30,763 nt of DNA, from IMG/VR virus record IMGVR_UViG_3300020468_000041, positions 1 through 30,763 of that record; one strand, given 5' to 3'. Numbering within the stretch: position 1 is the first letter of the stretch; each line of letters starts with the position of its first letter. The stretch is from a virus. Lineage: Duplodnaviria; Caudoviricetes. The notes under the pieces were generated by a model that saw nothing but the letters and a program-made list of their open reading frames with translations, made no database searches and was not told the origin of the DNA. Position numbers and translations under genes: made by a program. Below are positions 1-9,150 of the stretch, one piece after another.

Positions 1-2
1 TG

Positions 3-410
3 AGTGATCAAGCATGGACTAAACTTATAAACCATCTGCTTGAGAACCTCACAGTAGTAGAAGCTCCTGTTGATGCTAGTCCTATTGGCCAGCTCATGGA
101 ACACATAGAAAGGTTTTGCAATGGACGTGTACAAGCTAAGAACAGAGATGAGTTGTTACTTGGTAAACCATGGACTGATGAGGGACGACATTATTTTAGG
201 GTTGCTGATCTTATGGCATACCTTGATCGTATGCATTTCAGAGATTACCGCGTACACCAGGTAACTTCTGTATTAAAAGGGCAGCAAGCTGAGCATCACT
301 TTTTTAATTGTAAAGGCAAAGGCGTTAACTGCTGGTCTATACCAGAGTTTGATAAGCATGACGATAGCTTTGACACGCCAGAGATAAAGGGTCAAGATGA
401 CATCTTCTAG
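3..410 (+). CDS. 5'-truncated phage replication-arm protein, possibly the C-terminus of a primase-type protein
   Basis: The frame is open from position 3 (SDQAWTKLINHLLENL...), so the track start at 96 is internal. It lies directly upstream of, and overlaps, the helicase. The function is inferred from context only. Confidence 0.5.
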   Translation, partial: SDQAWTKLINHLLENLTVVEAPVDASPIGQLMEHIERFCNGRVQAKNRDELLLGKPWTDEGRHYFRVADLMAYLDRMHFRDYRVHQVTSVLKGQQAEHHFFNCKGKGVNCWSIPEFDKHDDSFDTPEIKGQDDIF

Positions 411-1863
411 TTGGAACATTGTATATGGCCCGCCTGGTACTGGCAAGACTACCTTTGGTATGAAGTTTGTAGAAGAACAAATCAACAAGGGCATAGATCC
501 TAGTCGCATTGGCTACATAGCATTTACGAGACGTGCTGCCAATGAAGCAAGAGAACGAGCTCAAACAAAGTTTAATCTGACTGACGATGATCTGCTATAC
601 TTTAGGACTATACATAGTCTATGCTTCATGCAGCTAGGTATTAACCCTAGTGGAATGATGCAAAAGCAGAACTGGACAGAGATTGGCGAGCTGCTAGGTG
701 TAGAGACTTCGGGTATGGGTGGTATGAATGAGGATGCATACAACATGTCAATGCCTACAGGCGACAGGTTATTCTTCCTTGAAAACCTATCACGTATAAC
801 TAGGTCATCACTGAGAAATGTATATGAGCAGACCGTTGATGATGATATAGACTACGACCAGCTAGTCATTGCTGCTAAGACATTAACAGAGTATAAGACT
901 AAGCGTAAGCTATTAGACTTTACTGACTTACTAGACAAGTGGTTAATCAAGGGCCATGTACCTAGGATCGATGCACTGTTTGTAGATGAAGCACAAGACC
1001 TATCTAAAATACAATGGGAAGTCGTACATAAGATTAGTCGTGAAGTACCATTGAAGTATGCAGCTGGTGATGATGACCAAGCTATATATCGATGGGCAGG
1101 TGCAGCAGTAGAAGAGTTTATTAATTTAACTGGTAACAAAACAGTACTCTCTCACTCATATCGTATACCTGAGGCTGTACATACCATAGCCACCTCATTG
1201 CTAGATACCATAAGTCATAGGCAAGAGAAGGAGTTTAGTCATAACGGTAATGAAGGTTATGTTAACTACCACTTCAGTGCTGATGACCTAGATCTAAGCA
1301 ATGGTGAATGGCTACTGCTAGCTCGTAACGGTTATATGCTACGAGAGTATGAACGCATCTGCGAACAGAATGGCTATCCATACGAGAGCCCTAGCCGTAA
1401 ACCTCTCCAGTCTGCTGCATTGAGAGCAGTTAAAGATTGGACTGAGCTTTGCAAGGGTCAGACATTGGTTGGCAAGCAACTTAAGAACGTTCGTCGGTTT
1501 CATGGTTTCTCCTTTAATATTGATGACGAACGTATTTATGCTTTGTCAGACCTACCAGTAGAGAATAAGCCTTGGTACGATGCCTTCACTAAGATAGGTG
1601 CGACGCTAAGAGAATACTTCTTAGCAGCAAGAAGACAGGGCGAGAGCCTAAAGAAACCAAGAATAATAATTAATACCATCCATGGAGTCAAGGGAGGTGA
1701 GGCAGATCATGTTGCTGTGATGACAGATATGGCTGCAAGATCTCATAGATACATGCAAATGTTTCCAGACGACGAACAACGTGTGTTCTATGTAGCGGCT
1801 ACACGCGCCAAGAGCGGGCTAAATATAATTCAGCCACAATCTCGCCTGTTTTTCGAAATTTGA
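397..1863 (+). CDS. UvrD/Rep-like superfamily 1 DNA helicase
   Basis: Walker A GPPGTGKT, motif Ia AFTRRAA, TIHS, Walker B FVDEAQD, GDDDQAIY, SYR, TIHGVKGGE, FYVAATRAK. Confidence 0.93.
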   Translation: MTSSSWNIVYGPPGTGKTTFGMKFVEEQINKGIDPSRIGYIAFTRRAANEARERAQTKFNLTDDDLLYFRTIHSLCFMQLGINPSGMMQKQNWTEIGELLGVETSGMGGMNEDAYNMSMPTGDRLFFLENLSRITRSSLRNVYEQTVDDDIDYDQLVIAAKTLTEYKTKRKLLDFTDLLDKWLIKGHVPRIDALFVDEAQDLSKIQWEVVHKISREVPLKYAAGDDDQAIYRWAGAAVEEFINLTGNKTVLSHSYRIPEAVHTIATSLLDTISHRQEKEFSHNGNEGYVNYHFSADDLDLSNGEWLLLARNGYMLREYERICEQNGYPYESPSRKPLQSAALRAVKDWTELCKGQTLVGKQLKNVRRFHGFSFNIDDERIYALSDLPVENKPWYDAFTKIGATLREYFLAARRQGESLKKPRIIINTIHGVKGGEADHVAVMTDMAARSHRYMQMFPDDEQRVFYVAATRAKSGLNIIQPQSRLFFEI

Positions 1864-1897
1864 CCTTCTAGGATGGCCATAGAGAGCGGAGAAAAGT

Positions 1898-3346
1898 ATG
1901 AGCCATAGTAACATATACCCTTTTAAGACCCGTCCCTACGCCCATCAGAGGGAGGCCTGGGATCTTTCAAAGGATAAAGACGAGTTTGCCCTGTTCATGG
2001 ACATGGGTACAGGCAAGTCTAAAGTAATAATAGATAACATCGCGTATCTATATGATAGAGGGCGGATAGACTCTGCTCTGATTATAGCACCTAAGGGTAC
2101 CTATCAGAACTGGACGCGTAATGAGATACCAACTCACATGCCAGATCATATAGTAGTTAGGTCTGCTGCCTGGTCTGCAACACCTAAGAAAGAAGAGAAG
2201 AAGCAACTTGAGAAAATATTTTTCTCATTCACTGACTTGCGTATATTAGTTATGAACATTGAAGCATTCAGCACTACCAAGGGTACAAAGTTCGCTGAGC
2301 AGTTCTTACGTTGTGGTGGTAAATGTATGATGGTAGTCGATGAGTCTACTACAATTAAGAACCCTAAGGCAAAGAGAACCAAAGCTGTTATTAAGACAGG
2401 TATACAAGCAACTTATCGTAGGATACTAACAGGTGAACCAGTGACTCGTAGTCCACTAGATCTATACGCGCAGTTTCAGTTCTTAAATCCTGTGTGTCTA
2501 GGGTTTAGCAGCTACTATACATTTAGAAATAGGTATGCCATCATGATCGATATGAAGGCAGGTACAAGATCATTTAAGAAGATCGTTGGTTATCAAAGGC
2601 TGCAAGAGCTAGGTGATCAGATTAAACCATTTAGTTATAGAATAAAAAAAGAGGACTGTTTGGATCTACCACCTAAGACATATATTTATCGTGAGGTTGA
2701 GCTAACATCAGATCAAAAGAAAGTTTACAAAGAGCTATCTGATCTAGCAGTTGCGTCATTAGACGGTGCCGTGTTATCTGTCGATACCGTATTAACTCAG
2801 ATGCTAAGACTACACCAGATTACATGTGGTCACTATAAGTCTGATGATGATGTAATTATACCAGTAGCTAATAATAGGCTATCGGAGTTAATGCAGATAT
2901 TAGAAGAGTCATCTAATAAGGTGATCATATGGGCTACATATATACAAGACATACAGACTATTTTAGCCGCTCTTAAAAATGAATATGGTGATGAGTCTAC
3001 AGTTGCATACTATGGGGCCGTGAACCAAGATGATAGGAATACGGCTATAGATAGATTTCAAAAAGATGATACATGTCGCTTCTTTGTAGGTAACCCACAA
3101 ACAGGATCTATGGGTATCACGCTTACTGCAGCAGACACAGTGGTCTACTATTCTAATAGCTATAACCTAGAGCATAGACTACAGTCTGAAGACCGTGCTC
3201 ACCGTATTGGCCAGGAGAAAAATGTGTTGTATGTAGATCTAATCTGTAGGGGTACAATCGACTCTAAGATAGTTAAGGCCTTGCGTGATAAAAAGAATAT
3301 AGCACAACAGGTAATGGGTGACGACTGGAAACAGTGGCTTACTTAG
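1898..3346 (+). CDS. SNF2-like superfamily 2 helicase/translocase
   Basis: PYAHQ Q-motif, DMGTGKS, VVDEST, LTGEP, GITLT, QSEDRAHRIGQ; GGAG RBS upstream. Confidence 0.93.
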   Translation: MSHSNIYPFKTRPYAHQREAWDLSKDKDEFALFMDMGTGKSKVIIDNIAYLYDRGRIDSALIIAPKGTYQNWTRNEIPTHMPDHIVVRSAAWSATPKKEEKKQLEKIFFSFTDLRILVMNIEAFSTTKGTKFAEQFLRCGGKCMMVVDESTTIKNPKAKRTKAVIKTGIQATYRRILTGEPVTRSPLDLYAQFQFLNPVCLGFSSYYTFRNRYAIMIDMKAGTRSFKKIVGYQRLQELGDQIKPFSYRIKKEDCLDLPPKTYIYREVELTSDQKKVYKELSDLAVASLDGAVLSVDTVLTQMLRLHQITCGHYKSDDDVIIPVANNRLSELMQILEESSNKVIIWATYIQDIQTILAALKNEYGDESTVAYYGAVNQDDRNTAIDRFQKDDTCRFFVGNPQTGSMGITLTAADTVVYYSNSYNLEHRLQSEDRAHRIGQEKNVLYVDLICRGTIDSKIVKALRDKKNIAQQVMGDDWKQWLT

Positions 3347-3551
3347 CTCGCTTGTTTTCTTGACCCATCCAGATACCAAAGATACCTGTCATGACACCCA
3401 TGATTACAGATACAAAAGCTGATTGCTGCATAGTAGGATCTGGTAAAGACATAAACCATTCTGCACAGCGCCACGACATTGCAACGCTAGCAATCATAGT
3501 TAGCCTTGCTATTAGATTATAGTGAATAAGATCTTTCAGCCACGTCTTCAA
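3339..3551 (-). CDS. small two-TM membrane protein, putative holin-like lysis accessory
   Basis: Two hydrophobic segments and a basic C-terminus. Its start overlaps the endolysin stop (ATGA). Confidence 0.6.
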   Translation of the reverse strand: MKTWLKDLIHYNLIARLTMIASVAMSWRCAEWFMSLPDPTMQQSAFVSVIMGVMTGIFGIWMGQENKRAK

Positions 3552-3997
3552 GCGATCTCAAAGTGAGGTGCATCGATAAAGGGGCGACGTCCTTCACTCC
3601 TCCTCAAGTCTACGTACGAGTTCATTGCTGCCTCCATACTCTGGTCCCATTCACGTATATCAGGGATATGCCAAGCAGCACCCCATCTTATACCTAGTCC
3701 TATATCTTGTGCAGCAGCCTTAAATGCGTCTGCAATATCGTCATATACATTTATCTCCCAGGTTATTCTTGACCCTATGTAGGCAACCACATCAACAGCA
3801 TTACCTTCAAGGTGTTTGCTCTTCATTGTCTGAGAGGCTCCTTTATCTACTAGTGCTTGTTGTTCTTCCATGGTCCGTAGTCCACAGGTCACGCCAAAAT
3901 CTATATTAGTTAATGTAATAGCTTTTTCTACTACTTCAACTAGAGGTGGGTTTACACCTTCTAGTCGCTCTAATGATCTGGTACTTAACTTAAACAT
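3548..3997 (-). CDS. endolysin, M15 family L-Ala-D-Glu peptidase (T5-like)
   Basis: N-terminal FKLSTRSLERLEGV, GLRTxEEQ, Zn-ligand motif SKHLEGNAVD, WG, D-x-PHFE. Confidence 0.9.
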   Translation of the reverse strand: MFKLSTRSLERLEGVNPPLVEVVEKAITLTNIDFGVTCGLRTMEEQQALVDKGASQTMKSKHLEGNAVDVVAYIGSRITWEINVYDDIADAFKAAAQDIGLGIRWGAAWHIPDIREWDQSMEAAMNSYVDLRRSEGRRPFIDAPHFEIA

Positions 3998-4149
3998 TAC
4001 TTTCCTTTATTAATTAAATCGAAGAGAGCTGATACTTTCTCTTCTAGTACCTTTACACGTACTAAGATCTCTGCACGAAAAGCTACAGCGCAGCAAGCCA
4101 CACCGGCTACTGCTACTATAATAGGCCAGAGCTCTAGAATTTGTGTCAT
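3997..4149 (-). CDS. 50-aa single-TM plus coiled-coil protein (absent from the ORF track)
   Basis: Translated by hand: MTQILELWPIIVAVAGVACCAVAFRAEILVRVKVLEEKVSALFDLINKGK. It fills the holin-endolysin gap exactly, with TAATG coupling to the endolysin. Confidence 0.7.
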   Translation of the reverse strand: MTQILELWPIIVAVAGVACCAVAFRAEILVRVKVLEEKVSALFDLINKGK

Positions 4150-4151
4150 AG

Positions 4152-4547
4152 TTACTTAGTTATACCTTTATATTTTTCGAACGTACGTAAACCACCTAGG
4201 CCTAACATGCCCATTAAAACTGTTAATAGCGCTTCCATGTCAAACGTAGGAAGTTCAGGAATTTCTGCACCAAACCAAGCAGCTGCAAACAAAACCAGCG
4301 GAGCAACAACAAAGTGATACGCAAGCGCGACGCCACAGGTCCATCCGACGAACGGACGCCATCCAGCAACAAAGAGGGACCGGTGCGCGGCCTCTTGTTT
4401 GTTGATTTCGATTTGTCCCTTCGCGAGTTCTTGTGCATGCCTTTCAGCCATTGTAGCTAAGTCATGTGCCAGCTTAGCCTTCTGGTCTTTATCCTCGATA
4501 AACTTATCGAGCAGCCCGGTTACAGGGCCAATCAGTGCTTGTAACAT
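4152..4547 (-). CDS. holin, GTA_holin_3TM-like family
   Basis: LLDKFIEDKDQKA, QIEINKQEA, FVAGWRPFVGW and LMGMLGLGGLRTFEK signatures; adjacent to the endolysin. Confidence 0.85.
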   Translation of the reverse strand: MLQALIGPVTGLLDKFIEDKDQKAKLAHDLATMAERHAQELAKGQIEINKQEAAHRSLFVAGWRPFVGWTCGVALAYHFVVAPLVLFAAAWFGAEIPELPTFDMEALLTVLMGMLGLGGLRTFEKYKGITK

Positions 4548-5017
4548 TATACATATCCTCTCTCTCTTGCAGCCCTGAGCATTAGGTAACCAAGGAAGGT
4601 TATCACAATCAAGACTATAAGAGCTAAGAAGCCAATGCCTACCGTTTCGATCAACTTCTCTCTAGCTTTCTTAGCGTCAATAACAGCTTGCTGTCTGCGC
4701 TTTCTAGCCTCAACCTGAAACCTTACCCAGTCTTGCCATAATCCTGGCCGACCACAATAAATCATAAATTGTTTCAGTTCTTCTTCCTTTTGTTTGACCT
4801 GTTCCAAGGCCATAAACTCTTCAAGGTCGTCACCATCTCCCTGACGCAATGCCCCAAAAATGCTATTTTTCTTTTGATGGCCTCTAACATGGAGAGCATC
4901 CTTAGCATTAGTGAAGTCACCAATCGCCTTAGCGCAAGTCGCAATGTCTCTACCATTTTGTACCGCACTTTTTATAATTGCGAATGCTGCATTTGCAGCT
5001 GCTAATTCTGCTAACAT
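4547..5017 (-). CDS. hypothetical coiled-coil protein with a C-terminal TM anchor
   Basis: Charged helical body and hydrophobic IGFLALIVLIVITFLGYLML; TAATG coupling to the holin. Confidence 0.7.
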   Translation of the reverse strand: MLAELAAANAAFAIIKSAVQNGRDIATCAKAIGDFTNAKDALHVRGHQKKNSIFGALRQGDGDDLEEFMALEQVKQKEEELKQFMIYCGRPGLWQDWVRFQVEARKRRQQAVIDAKKAREKLIETVGIGFLALIVLIVITFLGYLMLRAARERGYV

Positions 5018-5026
5018 CTGTATCCA

Positions 5027-5482
5027 TCACTCAACTAAACCCTCTTTGGGAATTTTTGTTTTAACTGCATCCCATTCGGTAACTAGCTTATCTAGATCCG
5101 CCGGCAGAGTTTCTCCACCTGCCTTTTTCTCTTTAAAGTACTTAAGTATAGAGTCTAACTGATCAGGAAGGTCCGGATACAGCATTGCCCTTTCCATCGC
5201 ATGTCGATTATTGCCAGGTGATGCTTCAAATAACGCTTTCATTTTTGCGTCTTTACTTAAATCTACTACTTTACAATCAATTTCTTTGTCTTGCTCTGGT
5301 ATCTCATAGCCGTCCATAACTATACCAAAGTGTAATCCTTCTGTTGGATTGTAGCCAAGATGAACAAAAGATATTTGTGCGCCTGGTGATGACTTGTCAT
5401 CAGGCTCTTTACCAGGACCAGGATCCGGGGCTATAAAACCCTTTGACTCGTGATCTTTATATGTTATATATTGTTTTGCCAT
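5027..5482 (-). CDS. putative tail fibre assembly/chaperone protein
   Basis: C-terminal YPDLPDQLD...WDAVKTKIPK motif typical of small proteins that follow phage tail fibre genes; coupled to the RCC1-repeat gene. Confidence 0.55.
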   Translation of the reverse strand: MAKQYITYKDHESKGFIAPDPGPGKEPDDKSSPGAQISFVHLGYNPTEGLHFGIVMDGYEIPEQDKEIDCKVVDLSKDAKMKALFEASPGNNRHAMERAMLYPDLPDQLDSILKYFKEKKAGGETLPADLDKLVTEWDAVKTKIPKEGLVE

Positions 5483-7329
5483 TATGCATTTCCGTTTAAT
5501 TGACCATTAATCATGTTCGGGTTATCATTAACATACCAACTATTAGCATCCCAAGAGTGGTAGTAACCTGTGTGATACAGAGCACCATCTTCAAACAAGT
5601 AGTAGATAGTACCAGCGTCTGAGCCGCTATCACCACACCACGTCTGTACAACCTTGCCATGTTTTTCGTATGGTAGGTGTGGCGCAGTCCAATAATAATA
5701 GTTGCTGCCTTGTCTATATCTTTGCCATTGGTTATTTCGGCCTGTGTGCCACACAGTACCGTCATTTAATAAAGCGACTAAGTAGTTAGTAGATCCCCAA
5801 CCACCAGATCGTATGTCAACACAATAACGCTTTGCACTGAATAGTTGTTTATTGCTCCAGCTACTAGCCCAATCAAATAAAATTTCATAAGGTGCGGCAT
5901 AAGAACTGCCTGACCTATTGCTGCCAAGCTGACCATAACCAGAGTATCCTGCACCCCACAGTTTATTATCTGCTGTTCTTATATACATTTGACCATAGTT
6001 ACCACCAGTACACCAAACGTCTTCGGCTAAACCTTTAGATCCTGAGGGTCCAAAGTGCGTGTCTAGCGCTGAGTGGTTATTTGTACCTGCCGTAGATCCT
6101 GACATGATTTGTCCATAGCCAGAGTATCCACCTGTCGATACTGTACCATCATCATACAAGTAAGCTGAATGACATACATCACCATCGGCCGATGCTGCAA
6201 TCTTTATACACTTCTTACCGACGTTAGTTGTACCTGAACCGTTATGACCGCACGCCACAAAGTATGTTTGATTATTACCGTGAGCATATTGCATTTGATA
6301 ATATGAATTACGGCCCGTTGCCCAAACTAATCCATCTTCGTCGATATACCAGCACGTACCATATTGACCATTTGTCTCTTTAACATAGACGGCGTCCTCT
6401 ACATACTGTACTCCAGACTCTCCTGTCTTAGGATGTCGTACACATTTCTTAGGGCCATAAGTATAGGCGTTGCTGGTTGTACTATTGTTAACGCCAACTT
6501 GGCCATAGCCATTATAACCCCAGCCCCATAGTGAACCATCATCGCATAAGGCATGAAATGACAAAGCTGAATCTGATTGTTCGCCGGAGCTACTAAACTG
6601 AATTACTTTTCTTGGCTTATCAGTTTGAAGATTCCAGTAAAATCTTTCCCAGTGATTAGATGACGAGCCAGTGTTAGTATAACTCCAGCCAACTACACGT
6701 AAAGATGCTCGGTTCGAGGTACTCTGATCTCCTACCTGTCCGTGTCCATTGTAACCGTTAGCCCACAGAATACCATTAGCAGTTAAGAACAAGTTGGTAT
6801 ATCCCATGTATATACCAACGATCTGCATGCCGGTCGTACCTTCAGCCATATGTTCGCGTAAGTCATAGCCAGACCAGCTTGATGGAATATCATCTTTTGA
6901 TAGATTTCCAATCATAATCTGACGTAGTACAGTTCCGTTAATATCTACCCATTGCATCGGCGAGTGTACAGTAGCACCGTTATAGTCCCATGAGCTATGG
7001 TTACCAGCACCTTTATCTGAGTACTGATTAGTACCCATCATGGCAATAGAATAGCCGTCATTAACTACAAAGGCATATTGTGAGTCAGCGCCTTGCTGAT
7101 CATTAGTTATAGTGTGACGCCAGTTCTTACTACTTCGTTTGTTAATGTTGTGGACAATATTATATAGGCTTTTACTCTTAGAGACTTGATCACCATACAT
7201 CGGCCTACTTCCAGGAAGTAGCTGGACTTTCATAAATTGACCGCCACCGCTTGCTGAAGGAACAAAGCTGCTTCCTCCAGAAGAAGCTACTTTTTTAGGA
7301 AGGTCGATTGTTATGGTGTTGTTAGCCAT
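5482..7329 (-). CDS. RCC1/BLIP-II-repeat beta-propeller protein, putative receptor-binding tail protein
   Basis: Repeats LWANGYNGHGQVG, LWGWGYNGYGQVG, VWATGRNSYYQM, VSTGGYSGYGQI, LWGAGYSGYGQLG, VWHTGRNNQWQ, LYHTGYY; located in the tail cluster. Confidence 0.8.
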   Translation of the reverse strand: MANNTITIDLPKKVASSGGSSFVPSASGGGQFMKVQLLPGSRPMYGDQVSKSKSLYNIVHNINKRSSKNWRHTITNDQQGADSQYAFVVNDGYSIAMMGTNQYSDKGAGNHSSWDYNGATVHSPMQWVDINGTVLRQIMIGNLSKDDIPSSWSGYDLREHMAEGTTGMQIVGIYMGYTNLFLTANGILWANGYNGHGQVGDQSTSNRASLRVVGWSYTNTGSSSNHWERFYWNLQTDKPRKVIQFSSSGEQSDSALSFHALCDDGSLWGWGYNGYGQVGVNNSTTSNAYTYGPKKCVRHPKTGESGVQYVEDAVYVKETNGQYGTCWYIDEDGLVWATGRNSYYQMQYAHGNNQTYFVACGHNGSGTTNVGKKCIKIAASADGDVCHSAYLYDDGTVSTGGYSGYGQIMSGSTAGTNNHSALDTHFGPSGSKGLAEDVWCTGGNYGQMYIRTADNKLWGAGYSGYGQLGSNRSGSSYAAPYEILFDWASSWSNKQLFSAKRYCVDIRSGGWGSTNYLVALLNDGTVWHTGRNNQWQRYRQGSNYYYWTAPHLPYEKHGKVVQTWCGDSGSDAGTIYYLFEDGALYHTGYYHSWDANSWYVNDNPNMINGQLNGNA

Positions 7330-8348
7330 TAGTAATCTCCGCTATAAATATCTATATAAACACTACCTATAGATCCAGCTGTATCTGCTGGCTTAGCGAT
7401 ATATAGTGGGTGTTTACATAACCACCACCGATCACCGTCAAGCCATGGTGCTTGGGTCAAGTCCATACCACTAACTGCAGCAGCACCGCCGTAACCAGCT
7501 AAAGCTGCTACTGACATGCTATACATCGATATAAACTTATAAGCCGTTACACTCTGACCAAGCTGCTGGGTTATGGTATTACCAGGTGTATTAGTTAGTG
7601 TTAATACAGTAGTTGTTATTGATGCAACACGATAAGATCCTCTGTTAGCTGCTGCTACAGAATTACCTAACGATATAAGATCTCCAACAATTAGATCTGA
7701 ATGATCTGTTGAAGCAGACCAGTTAGCTGCATCGGTTCTTGTCATTGTAAAAGGATCTGAAGCTGGTGTACTACCTGGCACTAAGTTAACACCAATATTT
7801 CTAAATATTGGCCTCATGTAACCAAAGTGAATTACCGCAGCATTAGATGGGTCCTCGTTTCTCAGTGCAATCTGATGAATCCTAGATCCGTTACGACCAG
7901 GATTAAAAGCAAGGATAGGCTCGTTTGCATCTGTTGGTCTTAATTCTGTATGGTCTTGACGATATTTACCTACAAACAACGGTTCTTTATTTATAGCTAT
8001 ATCATCAGTGGTTGCTTGACCACCCATATCAGCATGTGAATTACAGTAGTACCAAAGTTCCGGAGTACTTGCAGGTGCAGCACCTACCTTAATCATTGTA
8101 TATGCAGCAGCCTGACCAGGCGTACCGCTTGTTGTCACGCCAGTGGTATATCCTGAACCACCATTGTGTGTACCATCCGCAACGGTGGAAAATCTAAGAG
8201 GGTGCCCCGTATTACTAAGATCTGATTGATCAAGGTAATAGTACTTACCCTCATCTAGTCTTAATGTAGGAGTCTCGTACCCGTCAATGAAGTATCGATT
8301 CCCATCGGCGGTGGCTTTAACTTTAACTATCATTTTAATATAGTTCAT
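7329..8348 (-). CDS. tail-associated protein with an N-terminal cupredoxin-like domain
   Basis: NTGHPLRF...WYYCNSHADMGG (H...C-x2-H-x2-M); GGAGG RBS; beta-rich C-terminal part. Confidence 0.7.
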   Translation of the reverse strand: MNYIKMIVKVKATADGNRYFIDGYETPTLRLDEGKYYYLDQSDLSNTGHPLRFSTVADGTHNGGSGYTTGVTTSGTPGQAAAYTMIKVGAAPASTPELWYYCNSHADMGGQATTDDIAINKEPLFVGKYRQDHTELRPTDANEPILAFNPGRNGSRIHQIALRNEDPSNAAVIHFGYMRPIFRNIGVNLVPGSTPASDPFTMTRTDAANWSASTDHSDLIVGDLISLGNSVAAANRGSYRVASITTTVLTLTNTPGNTITQQLGQSVTAYKFISMYSMSVAALAGYGGAAAVSGMDLTQAPWLDGDRWWLCKHPLYIAKPADTAGSIGSVYIDIYSGDY

Positions 8349-8358
8349 TAGTCACCTC

Positions 8359-9150
8359 CTAAATAAAGTTACTTACCAGCTGCACTTTAGTTATTGCATC
8401 GACAGCAGGACTGAGTGCAACTGATCTTGTTTCATTCCCTCCATCGTTATTAGTTGTCATACTAATTCCAGTACCCTGAACAATTTTAGCTTCGACAAAA
8501 CTAGCCGTTGCGTCGTTAGCGCTAATCTTAACATTACCAGGGCTTAATTGATTCTGAATGTTGGTCGCAGTTTGTGCAGCCGCAGCAGCATCTATAGCAG
8601 ATTGATTTGCAGCAGCAGCATTTGTCTGAGCATTAGCTATGTCAGTAGAGTTAGGTCCATTAATAAGACCGCTACCCGTTGTATTCCAGATTAATGCACG
8701 ACCAGCTTCTGGTTCTGCAAGTTCAATACTTGTTACAGTGGCAGATGTGATAGCAACTTTTAATGATCTATCGATTTGCTCACTAAGCATAGTAGCAATA
8801 AGAGTAAGTTTATCTAGGGCGCCTTCATGCGTTTCAGCGGGAAATGGGTCACCTTCAACATAGTCAACTTGTTGAGTAATATTAATAGCACGCACAATAA
8901 TAACCCTGTGCGTGGTAGGTAAATTAGTGTTTAGAGTAATCGTAGCATATTTAGTAGACGAGTTAATAGCAAGTGTATAATCATACGTTCCACCGCCACC
9001 TCTTACTTGCAAGGCACCTGTAGCCGTAGTTGTATCAAATGTGTAGACTGCTAGATCATCAACAAGTTCGACCGGCGCATTAAAATAAAATGTCTTGGTC
9101 GCTCCTGTACCTAGCTCTACAACTCGTTTTACTTCGGTTGCTATTGTCAT
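8359..9150 (-). CDS. tail fibre anchor protein (T7 gp17 N-terminal-like domain)
   Basis: GTGATKTFYF...ITQQVDYVEGDPFPAETHEGALDKLTLIA motif followed by an Ala-rich coiled coil; directly follows the largest internal virion gene. Confidence 0.8.
   Translation of the reverse strand: MTIATEVKRVVELGTGATKTFYFNAPVELVDDLAVYTFDTTTATGALQVRGGGGTYDYTLAINSSTKYATITLNTNLPTTHRVIIVRAINITQQVDYVEGDPFPAETHEGALDKLTLIATMLSEQIDRSLKVAITSATVTSIELAEPEAGRALIWNTTGSGLINGPNSTDIANAQTNAAAANQSAIDAAAAAQTATNIQNQLSPGNVKISANDATASFVEAKIVQGTGISMTTNNDGGNETRSVALSPAVDAITKVQLVSNFI

Noticed and set aside
3997-4149. 50-aa ORF as an o-spanin lipoprotein
   Set aside because: GVAC/VACC does not fit the lipobox, and there is no basic n-region or Pro-rich mature part.
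5482-9150. Diversity-generating retroelement, given the BPP-1-like structural module
   Set aside because: No reverse transcriptase and no TR/VR repeat pair seen in the window.
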